Assembly: GCA_964016885.1 (NCBI GenBank)
Contig: OZ024740.1
Coordinates: forward strand, 222,084,001-222,148,000
Length of the DNA stretch: 64,000 nt
From: Eledone cirrhosa
Lineage: Eukaryota
Direction: 5' to 3'
Shown: positions 38,037-50,362 of the stretch, piece by piece
Layout of the letters: each line of letters begins with the position of its first letter
Position numbering within the stretch: the first letter of the stretch is position 1
The notes under the pieces: generated by a model
Seen by the model: only the letters and a program-made list of their open reading frames with translations
The model's database searches: none
What the model was told of the DNA's origin: nothing
Made by a program: the position numbers and the translations under genes

Positions 38037-38372
38037 ACACTCGATATGCAAATTAGGCTGCTCAGCCGTTAATATGCATAAGGAAAGTATATACTTTCAG
38101 ACGTTCAACCATCTGGCAGGAAGGTATACGATGCTGATGATACGTAATAAGCTTGAAACTAGTACATCGTTCCTGTGTCAGTGTTGAACAAAAAGGTGAC
38201 GTGGTTGCCTAAACACTGTACGGCGTAATTCAGGCTGTTTGTTTGTTTACAAACAAACAAACCGATCATTATAATAAATGTTCGGTAAACCGATACGTGC
38301 ATGTATGTATATATATACATACTACTGTACGTCTGTATACATATATGTATGTACGTATGCATACATACTTAC
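38037..38372 (+). mobile_element. Single-arm, diverged copy of the 23080-23417 element with hammerhead at 38128-38170
   Basis: acactcgatatgcaaattaggctgctcagccgttaatatgcataagg... and acgatg-CTGATGA-..-GAAA-ctag-TA-catcgt. Confidence 0.85.
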
Positions 38373-38835
38373 ATTTATATATATTTATATATCCATATAA
38401 ATTCACACCTATATATAGGTAAACATACAAAACGTCACATATGTAATATCATACCTGCAATCAGAAATAAAGAGAGAATATAGAAAAGCTGTGGATAGAT
38501 TAAGCTTGAAAATATCCAAATCCCCTCATATGGACAAAATTGTAGGTCTTATAGATTTTACAATGTTTATGGACGTTATCCACTTATTATAAAATAGTTG
38601 AAGTCACAGAATGGTACAGTATGAACACATATACACTTCAAAGTATCACGGCTTTTCCACGGGTGATAGGGGGCCTGAGGCGTTTGTAAAGTGAAGCCCC
38701 CCCCCCTTACAATCATCACCTAATATTTTAAAGAGACGAGACTAGAACTGGTACCAACAGCAAATGTGTATATTTGGCCTTCGATATATTATATTAAATG
38801 CCCATTGACTCAATTTTCAACTTGCAATATATTAA

Positions 38836-39022
38836 GGGGCGGTGGATTGGCAATATCGGTAGAGGGTCGGACGCCATGCTGTGCAGCACAGTTACGTCCC
38901 TTTACGGATTGAGTTCAAATCCCGCCGAGGTTAACTTTGCCTTTCATCCTTACGGGGTCGATAAAATAAAGTACCAGTAATACACTGGGATAATTGCTGG
39001 CCTTGTGCCAAAAGTAGAAACA
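38836..39022 (+). mobile_element. Family-A SINE with 19-bp TSD (38783-38801/39023-39041)
   Basis: A box tggcaatatcgg, B box gagttcaaatcc, TSD gatatattatattaaatgc. Confidence 0.92.
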
Positions 39023-40292
39023 GATATATTATATTAAATGCTAATATCCTCATTTCTGTTTTAAGAAAAGAAAACACCTTTATATCGATAGTAGATGTGT
39101 TATCAGTATAGAGAACATTAAAGAACTACTGTTATAATTTATTGCTTCCAGATCCTGAGTTTTGTATTGGTTTTGTTACGAATTTGAGACAACGTAATGT
39201 AATAACTAGCAGAAGGTAATACCGTGTTCAGCAATACAGGTATTGTCAACATTTTCTATGTTTCAATATTTCCAGTTCGTTTAAGAATCTTTCTACTCCT
39301 GAAAGATATGTGTATGGATAGTATCACATTTATGAAGGATGCTGTATTTGTCAGAATGCTTAATAATATATTTCAAGTTGAAAATTGAGTCACTGAGAAA
39401 ATACTGTAACACTACACGAAGAAATATATAAAAGAAAAGCTTTACCCACACGAGACCAGCTTCGCGTTTCATTAGATACGTCAAACTAAGGAGAGACCTG
39501 ACAACTTATGAGTTCAGGTCATCTCATGCAGCTCGATATATATAAGTCAATAATGCTGGGAATTCAGAATTCAGAATATGGTATTCCAGCTTTACCTAAT
39601 TATCTTTCCAAAATTGATTTACCAGATAAGTTTTAAAAGAAATCATGTTAGTTACGTAATGGTGGTCTTTGAGACAAGAAATTATACATGACCAGATCTT
39701 TTGTCCATGAATCTGACTAGCTGTATCAGTAATTTATGTATATTTTCCATGCATATTTAGGCACGCCATGCTATAATGCAACAAAGTCGCATTAAAGTAT
39801 AGTATATACAGTTTGTACCGCACGAAATACTAATAACCATGAAGAATATATTTTGACATCGACATTAATCTAGCATACCAACCACTTTCTTATGTTTTCG
39901 ATATTGGAAGATTCAAAACTAATGAATATCCTTACAGAAATTAGTATACACCTAAATTTGATACTATCAGAAAAATGAAATGTTTCTTAACGCAACATCA
40001 TATATTCAAACCAACCCATACTTTAATTTCATATCAAATTCTGAGTACTCATATAGACGTAAGAGGAGGCTATCGTGAAGCCAACGAAGAAACCGCTAAA
40101 TCGTTATTTGTTCTTCTAGAAAAAGGTGTTTAAATTTCCAATTTGTATGCCCTCAACAAAAAAGGCTCCATTATTTCTGGGAGAAAAACAAAATGGTTGT
40201 CGCAGAAATGCTGAGAGATATTACGGGCCTAAACAATCACAACACTAGCAACTAGAAAATCGCTGAGAAGATAATGATCTGGCTCTGCTGAA

Positions 40293-40388
40293 CTCACACG
40301 GTATTATAAAACCAATCTGTATTCCGTTAAATAAATGTAATTACATTTATTTAACGGAATACAGATTGGTTTTATCATACCGTGTGAG
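40293..40388. repeat. Spacer-less palindrome with 48-bp arms and one mismatch
   Basis: ctcacacggtattataaaaccaatctgtattccgttaaataaatgtaa|ttacatttatttaacggaatacagattggttttatcataccgtgtgag. Confidence 0.95.
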
Positions 40389-40468
40389 CCAGCACCGTAT
40401 GAATGATTTCTCTTTATTCAAGGTAATAAATATTCGGGTTCACTACCTTAGTGGTTGAAATAATACTG

Positions 40469-40560
<92 letters not shown>

Positions 40561-42905
40561 GTATATTTATCAAGATTTTCTATTATCACTTATGTATACA
40601 GAATATGTTAACTCAATTAAGTTTTAGATTTGACCATTTATTTCATGGTATTCAAATATTAGTACAATTTGTTATTTCAATTTAGATTATACGAGAAAAC
40701 AACATGATAGATGCAATATACACTCTTTAAAAAAAATTTACAAACGTAATTCTCGTTATTAACTAAACAGAAGAACCAGAAATATTTGTGTTAGTGTCTA
40801 CAAGTTCAGGTTTGTCGACTTAAGATATCAAATGAAGTATTCGAGTTTTTCCTGGGTGTCATGTATTATATATTTTTCAGATGTACATTACAACTAAGTT
40901 CAGTTATTTGCTATCGGAAGCATTACAAATTGCAAAACATTGCATCGTATCGTAACTCATAGACGATTCTTAAGTGGCTCTTTTCGATTGTCAACTGTTG
41001 ATTTATACAGTGAAATATTGGCTTTTTTTCACTTTCTATTGTAAAGATAATTATGTTCTGTTGCACCTACAGACCACATAAACCATATCGTTGTCAATGG
41101 AAAGTTTGTGAACTTCAATAAAACTCCATATATCTTTCAACCACGAAGGAAACTTTCACTTATATTTTTACATTACATGTGACTCACAGTGACTGCTAAT
41201 ACACTAGTCAATATTTCAATAATAAGTTGTAAATGATTGGGCGTATATTTTGGCAGAAATATTTTGGCCGTAAAGAACAAGTGCATTATTTAGCCGTAAC
41301 AACTTTTTGTATGAAGCAGTTTTACATTTATACATTTATTAGTGGTAGTGGCAATTCTAGTACTTATTTAATTGTGTCTAACCTTCCCAAAAGTTGTTAC
41401 ACTTTGTAGAGTTAATGAAACGATGAAAATAATTAGTTTGTAAATGCCGTGTTCCACGAAACTAATAAAAAATATATAACAACAGTTGGTAACGTGCAAT
41501 TTTGCTGGTTTGGTTCGAGTGATAAAACAGTTCTTTTCTTGAAATCAGTACAAGTTATCAATGATAGAAATTAGTTGATGATGCTCTTGATCTCCTACCA
41601 TTTTTAAGATCAAAGGAAGTTTGATGAATCTCATTAACACAATCTTTTTTGAAATATCACGTAAATAGTAAGATAAAGGCAGTCAATGTGGCAACCTATA
41701 ATGAAACCTATCGATTTAGCTAATTAGTCGGATATATGTTTTGAACGGAAGGTCGATTGTAATTGCAAAAATCAAACATTTAGAAAATTGATTGCTTTGT
41801 GAAAGTAACAGAGAAGAAAAAAATAGGTAAAGCCTGGAAAGGCAAGATATGGTTAAATATCGTATTTCAAATCTGACACGTCTCAGTGATCTGGAAACAA
41901 AGTATGGAAAAGTATGGTTCATTTTGAAAATGGTGCATTCTTATGAGCTGTTCAATCGATGTTTCTTTTATATTATTTACTGGTCAAACTATAGTATAGG
42001 AATTGTGTGATATATGAAATCAAATCAGTATATTGCTGCAATTAAAGGTGTGAAAATATGAACATTGATGTAGCTGAAAATAATCGCTCAATTCAGTGTC
42101 GCACATCTTGAAACAGGTGTTACATGAGACAATGCTGACTGTCAACTGAAACCAATTGTTTCCCCGTACATTGATATTTGCTTAAGAAAGGCATGGATAT
42201 CACATCTAAATTCATTTACATACGATTATTTTTAGTAATTTTAAAGAGAGGTAGTTTATTATATGATATTTCCTATTTCGATATAGCAGGTAGAATCAAT
42301 ATATCGGGAAACCCTCTGACTGCTAACAAACGCTGCTGAATTTGTTTATCCAGTGATCCTAGAGGAATACAACTAATACGGGGTAATGTTAAAAAGGAAC
42401 ATTTACGTGATCTTTTGAATTTAGAAATGAATTAAACATATAATGTTCAATAACATTCTGTAGTTTGTTACAATTAATAATTAAAGTGTAGTTTGAAGAT
42501 AACTATATGAGTGAAATTTAGAAATGTATGTACGATGGAAAATTATCAAGGGAAATAATTTTGAAACTATTCATCTCTATGGAAAAACGTGACTACAACC
42601 GTCAGAGAATTTGATATAACTAAAACTTTTCTGTCACTAATAATTAGATTAGTGTAAACATTTAAAGTGTGATTCGTATTTCGTTTCTGTTATCAGATTA
42701 TGTGTTATATTTATTTGTCTGTATTTATAATATAATTCGCAATTACACATAAAACAAATGAGTAAAATGATAAAACATCGCAATGGAAATATTTTCGAGC
42801 AATATCAATATAAAAGTTATTTTACTTTTTTCGAATGATATTAGTTAAAAGATAACTTGTCCATTATTTTAGTAGTTTCAGTTCTTATATGTTTAATATT
42901 AAGAA

Positions 42906-42969
<64 letters not shown>

Positions 42970-43038
42970 GAAAGAAAGAAAGAGAGAGCGAGAGAGCGAG
43001 AGTGGGGGGGGGGGGAGAGAGTGGTGGTGAGATATATC

Positions 43039-43587
43039 ATCTATATATATAAAACTGAGGATGTCTGTGTGTGTCTGTGAGTTTGAATCCCTAAAACTCG
43101 AGAAGTACGCGATCGATGTTTTTCAAACTTTACATGTGTATTACTTATGTTTCAGGGAGTGTTATGCACATAAAACAATTAAACTTTTTGATCCCCTAGG
43201 TGAAAACCTGCGTTTTTTCAGCTTTTTAGGGCTTTTTTGAGGCGTTACGTCAGACCGATTTCCTTGAAATTATATATATATGTATTAGTCAGTCTCTTCT
43301 TAATACCGTGAGCAAGGAAAATCCAACTTTTTTATGGCCTTAGGTGAAAAACTTCATTTGTTCAGCTTTTTAGGGCTTTTTTAAGGTGTGACGTCGAATT
43401 CGCATTCAGAGTTATTTCCCTTGGACTGCTTCATCGAGGAAAATCTTAAAGATTATCCAGACATCAGAGTATTCGGTTTATTTTCTTTACATATTGTCCA
43501 GGCATGCAGTTTTTACACGGTTAGGTCTGTTGGCGGCCCGCGTTCCAAAATACTTTATCCCGTGCAACGCCGGGTACCACTGTTAGT
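43039..43587 (+). mobile_element. Non-autonomous Helitron, same family as 24951-25818
   Basis: 5' a|TCTATATATATAAAACTGAGG and 3' cccgtgcaacgccggg hairpin plus TTAG|t (CTAG variant). Confidence 0.8.
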
Positions 43588-43684
43588 TTAATATAGAAAT
43601 TACTTCTCTACAAATGTATTGAGTACCATATCTAAGTGTGGTTACTCCCCGATATTACTCAGGATATATACTCAGACACACACA

Positions 43685-43752
<68 letters not shown>

Positions 43753-43767
43753 CATACACACACATAT

Positions 43768-46700
43768 ATCATCATCATCATCATCGTTTAACGTCCATAT
43801 TCCACGCTTGCATGGGTTTGGACGGAAGTTTTCCCACTTGAGGCAAGAGTGGTTGTGTTGCTGGCATAGGACTGTCTGGCGGGTTTTCTACGGCTGGATG
43901 CCCTTCTTAACACCAACCATATTTACAGTGTGGAACAGGGAGGTTTTTACCGTGTTACCTACACGGCCACATTACAGCGTGGACTGTGTGTTTTTTTTTT
44001 GTCGTGACACCTACACGACCTCATTTGTTTCGGGCTGGATGCTGTGGTACCAACATAACTTTACATTGAAAGGGGTGGTGTGGATGGGTAGAGGTGCCTA
44101 CTGACTGTAGTAGGTTTCACTTTGTACTTAGGTAAGGCGGGTCTTTTCTATTACTGTGTAGCGCCAAAGCTCTCGGTCCAGTGACATTGCCTTGGAGAGG
44201 TGTAAGTGTGTGAGGTCGGAATTTATCAAGTCGTCCCAGGTTTTTCTGGGTCTGCCTACTCCGTAGCTACCCTCTATTTTTATTGCCCTGCACTTTTTTA
44301 TACAGCTGTCGTCTTTCATGCGCATCACGTGACCATATCAACGTAGCCTTCTCGCGAGTAAACAACATCTGATCCCTCTTATTTCTAATTTTTCCCTTAG
44401 TTCTTTTATGCTTTGCCGTTCACGTATATTACTATTACACATCCAGCGGAGCATGCAAGCTTCGTTCCTCTCCAGTCTGCGTATATCCTCTGCACTCAAT
44501 GCCCAGGTCTCACTGCCATGCAACATTACTGTTCGTATGCAGGCATCATACAGCCTGCCTTTCATTTTTAGGGAGAACCCTTTAGCGGCTAATAGTGGTA
44601 TAAGCTCTCTGAACTTTTTCCATCCAGTTCTGACTCTAGCTACTGTACTTTCAGAGCACCCTCCCCCACTGCTGATTTTCTCACCCAGGTAACGGAAGCT
44701 GTCCACTATTTCTATAGAACCATCTGTGCAATGGAATGAGCTAGTATTCTGTGGGCACTTGCTGCTACTTATTGCACCAGAGCACCGGCCACATATAAAA
44801 TCTATGTTCTTAGTTAGCTTACCTGTGATCCCAATACATCTTTTATGCACCCATACTTTGAATTTGGGACATAAAATGGAGTTTCTACCTACTCCTTTCC
44901 TACACACTGAGCATGGCCATTTCCCGGATGGGACCGGCGCCCTATTTTCCTTCCTACAAACTAGAACTTTAGTCTTAGACAGGTTAATTTTAAGGCCTTT
45001 TGATTCTAGGCCATGCTTCCATGTTTGGAATTTCTTCTCTAGTTCGGCCATTGATTCAGCTATGAGCATTAGATCATCTGCGTATAGGAGTTCCCACGGG
45101 CAGCCGGTCTTGAACTCCACTGTTATAGCCTGAAGGGCGATAATAAATAGTAGGGGGCTGAGAACGGAGCCCTGATGAACACCAACATTTACGCTAAACC
45201 TTTCACTATATTCGTTGTTAATTCTAACCTTGCTGACTGTTTCTTTATACATGGCTTGTATAGCACTCACAAGCCATTCATCAACACCTAGTTTTCTAAG
45301 AGCCCACCAGATAATGGAACGGGGGACTCTGTCGAAGGCGTTCTCCAAGTCGACAAAAGCTAAGTATAGGGGTTTACTTTTAGCTAGGTACTTCTCCTGT
45401 AGCTGTCGTACAATGAAAAGAGCGTCTGTGGTACTTTTTTCCTGACACAAACCCGAACTGCATTTCATCTAGATCAATTCTCTCTCTGATTAGTTGCGCT
45501 ATTACTTTTTCTGTGACCTTCATGACCTGGTCGATTAATTTAATGCCTCAATAGTTACTCCTATCTAGGGCATCTCCTTTACCCTTGTAGCAGTTACTGA
45601 TAATGCTGCTACGCCAGTCCTTCGGAACAACCCCATTCTGTATGATTTGGTTTACTATCCGGGTGACCATGGTGTGTCCCACCGTTCCAGAATCTTTCAG
45701 TATTTCAGCAACTATTTCCGAAGGCCCAGCCCCCTTACCCGTCTTCATATCTTTGATTGCCTTACTTATTATACTACCATCGACTAACACTGCTGGTCCC
45801 TCTATTGGGTCGATGTGGGCGAGACTGTATTTCTCTCATTTATTCTCCTCATTTAGTAGCCTTTCGTAGTGACACTTCCAAGCTACCTTCTTATCAGCGT
45901 CAGTGATGGCAAGTACACCATCATCATTAAGTACACACTTCTCCCCGACAATATCACGGTTTTCCTTGACACATTGCCTAGCAATCCTGAACACCTCACG
46001 TTTTTGGTCCTCGCGTTGTAGAACATGCTTGAACTTTCTTTCCTCTGCTTCCCTTCTTGCGAAGTACACTTGTCTCCTAGCTTCCCTTCTGGCCACTTGA
46101 TAGTCTTCTCTACTTCCCCCATCCCGCCATACTTTCCAAGCCTGCTTTCTGGCCTTAATTGACTCCTCCACCTTACTGTTCCACCACCATGTTACTTTCC
46201 TTCTGCCTATAGGCCGGCTCCAGCCACAGACTTTGTCTGCCGCCATCAGCAGCTTTGCTTTCAGGAATTCCCACTGTTCCTCTATATTGTACGACTATAA
46301 ATTCTCTTCCTTACTGTTGAAAGCATCAAGTAATATCCTTTTAAATTTATTTCTGGCTGTGGGGTCCTTTAGCTTCCATATTTTTCTCCTGGGGATAGTC
46401 CTCTTCTGCTGTCTAGTACGTCTCGTCCTGACTATGAGGTCGCTAATTATCAGTCTATGCTGGGAGGTGCATTCTTCATGGGGGAGGGATTTAGTGTATA
46501 CAACAGACACTCTGTCACGTCTTCTGGTAAGGATATAATCTACCTGGCTGGTATGTTCCCCTGATCTGTAGGTGATCAAGTGATTGTCTCGTTTTTTGAA
46601 GTTAGTGTTACAGATAGTTAGGTTATTTGCATCACAGAATTCCAGGATTCTGGAGCCTTCCTCATTTATAGTACCAAATCCATAGCCTCCGTGGTTTCCG

Positions 46701-47300
46701 TCATAGCCGTCACAATGTTGTCCAACGTGACCATTTAGGTCGCCAGCAACAATTATATAGTCACTGTCGGTTATTTGGGAGGTAGTGAGCATTAGTGTCT
46801 CATAGAATCTGTCTTTTATAGCGCCAGGCAGTCCGGATTGGGGCACGTACGCAGATATTACTGTCACAGTAGTTCTATTTAGAACAAGTCTTATTTTAAT
46901 TATTCTGTCATTCACTCTATTTACGTCTATTATCTTATCCACCCATTTTTCTGCTAACATGATTCCTACCCCATCAAGCCCATTGTTATTTCCCACCCAG
47001 AAAAGCTTATAGCATCGTTTTTTATCCACAATGAATCTGGCAAACCCGCCCCTCCACCTGGTCTCTTGGATACAGCAAACATCAACCTCCTTACGTTCAA
47101 GCATTTCTACAACCTCGTTGGTACCAACTCTGAAGTTTTGGATTGCGTTTAGTAGGTGGGGCGCAGGGAGTGTTGAGGGGGATAGGGTTGGGGTTATGTT
47201 GGACATCCGCGGCCGCAACAAAGAGGAGGGGGCCTTGACCTTTCATCCGGCAGCATGAGGTGAATTTGTCGTTATCTTTGGCATTGTTTTCGAGTGTCCA
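43768..47300 (-). mobile_element. Decayed near full-length RTE-clade LINE (APE-RT) with (GAT)n tail
   Basis: APE 46295-47221 (DVCCIQETRW, AYVPQSG, AGDLNGHVG, QVDYIL, SQHRL). RT 45548-45790 and 44338-45468 (FVDLENAFDRVP, GVHQGSVLSP, LYADD, MLHGSETW). C-terminal GRPRKTW. Tail at 43768-43785. Confidence 0.93.
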
Positions 47301-47431
47301 GATTCTTCAGACTCTCCAGAAATTCCTTAGTCCATCCATCATATCGAAAAGCAACCAGAAGTGATAGCATAGGCCAAATAATAAAGGTGGAGAGTGGGGG
47401 CGGGAGGAAGGGGTATGGAGTAGTTAGCAAG

Positions 47432-48196
47432 GAGAAGATTATTTAGAACAGTGAGACAGAATTATAGAATAGCAATTATGAAGTAGGATTTGGATTCTGG
47501 GCGATTATAGATATATGGATGAATGAACCGAAGGGTGGGGAGACAAGAAGAAAATGTCATTTATACATTACATTTCGTAGAAGTAGACTGACCATTAATA
47601 AGAGTTGACATATTCTGAGTTTTGTCCCTCGTAACAGGCTTATTTATATTTGGTGCAAGTAGGGAGTGAGAGAGAGAGAAGGAGAGAGAGAGAGGGACGT
47701 ATATTTTAGATAGAGTGGGGGTAATGGCGATTTAGAGGGGCGAGAGAAGCCATTTTTATGAATCCTGGAAAAAATTTCGGCCAAAATGGTAGCGAGAAGA
47801 TTATTTAGAACAAGTGTGGAGAAAATTAAGTAGAACAGTGAGACAGAATTATAGAATAGGAATTATGAAGTAGGATTTGGATTCTGGGCGATTATAGATA
47901 TATGGATGAATGAACCGAAGGGTGGGGAGACAAGAAGAAAATGTTATTTATACATTACATTTCGTAGAAGTGGACTGACCATTAATAAGAGTTGACAAAT
48001 TCTGAGTTTTGTCCCTCGTAACAGGCTTATTTATATTTGGTGCAAGTAGGGAGTGAGAGAGAGAGAGGGAGAGAGAGAGAGGGACGTATATGTTAGAGAG
48101 AGTGGGGGTAATGTCGATTTAGAGGGGCGAGAGAAGCCATTTTTATGAATCCTGGAAAAATTTTCGGCCAAAATGGTAGCGAGAAGATTATTTAGA

Positions 48197-48197
<1 letters not shown>
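47432..48197. repeat. Two ~385-bp tandem monomers upstream of the RTE ORF
   Basis: 47432-47810 and 47831-48197 are near-identical. Confidence 0.9.
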
Positions 48198-48250
<53 letters not shown>

Positions 48251-48680
48251 ACACACACACAATTGTACATTATATTACGAAAAAGGGTCTTTCTACCATG
48301 TAGACATTATATAGTTATTTTTTGCAGAACATTATTGAAGGAATGTACTTGAGCTAGAATCATGACATCATGACATCATTGAAACCGAATATTTTATTTA
48401 TATTCGAGAAATGCATATCTTAGTTTATTTTATAACGTTAAATTCCTTTGGTGAAAAATGGAATTGTAGAAAATTAATATATACTTTCCTGATGAATTAA
48501 GCATGTAGAAATATTTGTTGACGAGTGTTACTAAATTTTCATATAAAACAAATACAGCTTACTAACGTATTTTTTATCACGTAAATTACTTAAATTATTT
48601 GACATATCCGAAAAATGTTTCGTTTATTTCCTTAAACTCCTAAAGTTTGATCACTGTATACATGAATAGCCTGCATTAAT

Positions 48681-48865
48681 TGTGGATTGGCAGTATCAGT
48701 AGAGGCTCGAACGCCATGCTTTGACGCATAGAGTTACGGCCCTTGCCAATCTGAGTTCAAATCCCGCCGAGGTTAACTTTGCCTTTCATCCTTACGGGGT
48801 CGATAAAATAAAGTACCAGTAATGCACTGGGTAATTGCTGGCCTTGTGCCTAAAGTAGAAACAAT
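48681..48865 (+). mobile_element. Family-A SINE
   Basis: High similarity to 53782-53967. Confidence 0.9.
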
Positions 48866-49487
48866 TAATTACAGGATCATTATTTACACCTGACATACAA
48901 TTATGAAATATTTGGTTCTCAGGCACCTTTGTAGGATTTTTAGTTATGTTGCGCCATGGGTATACATATTGCTTCAAGACATTGATATGTATACAAATAC
49001 ACACACACAAACACACACACACACACACACTCACTCACACACACACATATATATATTGTGTAAATACGTTCCGTAAATTTATAGAAATAATTGTGACCTT
49101 GTTTTAAATCTGTGTGCAGCCTCAAGATATCTTGTACTGAAATGATAATATTAAAGCTTACAGCAATGTCACAAAATCACGATTTCGTAGGTTCTTGAAT
49201 TTAATCTCCCCCGAGAAAATTAAAATTGCTTATTTCATTGAATCCGAGGTGAGAAAACCTTTGTGACGTTTGAGTAGAAAGTATGGTGTGAAAATACTAA
49301 ATTCCCCTAAGCATAGGTTTTGACTGATAAATGACAAATAAATGAAGTGGGTTCGTTTGTTTCACATCTCAAGAATGGTATTTGTGCGTAGTCCTCTCAT
49401 TTATAATTTTAGTAAATATATGCAGTTAGACACAATTTTGAAACCCATATGTTTGCAGAAGAGTCTCTCTCAAGTTAAATGACTTGT

Positions 49488-49733
49488 TTGGCCGGTCCTT
49501 GTCCCGGTTTCACGGCATGAAACGACTGGGAGAACAAAACTCCCCTGTGGACAGCACACCAGTGTATTGCAGGGTTAAACCCCCAGTTATTACTGGTACT
49601 CATCTTCAGCTGAGTATATCGGAGCAACGTGAAATAAAGTATTTTTCTCAAGAACACAACACACCACCCAGCCCTGGAATCGAACCCACAACATTATGAT
49701 CATGAACTCAATACTCTTACCACTAGACCACGC
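49488..49733 (-). mobile_element. tRNA-derived SINE, family B
   Basis: Minus strand: gcgtggtctagtggtaagag (A box) and gggttcgattcc (B box), then a gtgttcttgagaaaaatacttt central block. A further head fragment lies at ~13805-13900 (+). Confidence 0.8.
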
Positions 49734-50234
49734 ATTAAAGGAAAAGGTGAATGGTACGACCTTTATGAAATTTAAGTACATTTGTAAAATACTCAGGACA
49801 TCAGTATAAAAACAAATAGACTATACATTATAGCATAAATACTAAAATAAAATCTCCTATACACATTCCGTAGCGTCTGTCTACTGGTCACTTGTTTCTG
49901 CTTAGCTTCATTTACCCAACTCTCAAGACTATTTAGTTTTTCCATTAAAATTCACTGTATCTTGTACAATAATGGATTTTGTTTATATCCAATAAACAAT
50001 AGGGAAGTTTTAGTTGAGTACAGGTGTTTGCGATTTATGTTGCTCAATAAACAAAATTCGTTTTGAAACTTTATTAGATAATGAAAAGTACATCAGATAG
50101 TATTCCTTATGTTTGCTCAAACTGCTTCGTATAGTGATAATTTCATTTCTTGCAAAAAAAGATTTTATTCATTCGCTGCAGTTCGGATTTTATATATCAA
50201 AAACCGCATATGGCACGTCAAAAGGTATTAACAT

Positions 50235-50362
50235 AGTGGTCTATTCGTTAGAGCATCGGACAGAATATTGTATGACATATGTTTCGGTTCTCTGCGTTCT
50301 GATTTCGAATCCTGTTGGGATCATCTTTGCTTTTCATCCTTTCGGTGTTGTGAAAATAAAGT
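50235..50362 (+). mobile_element. Diverged family-A SINE fragment
   Basis: gttagagcatcggac...gatttcgaatcctg...tttgcttttcatcctttcggtgttg. Confidence 0.65.
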
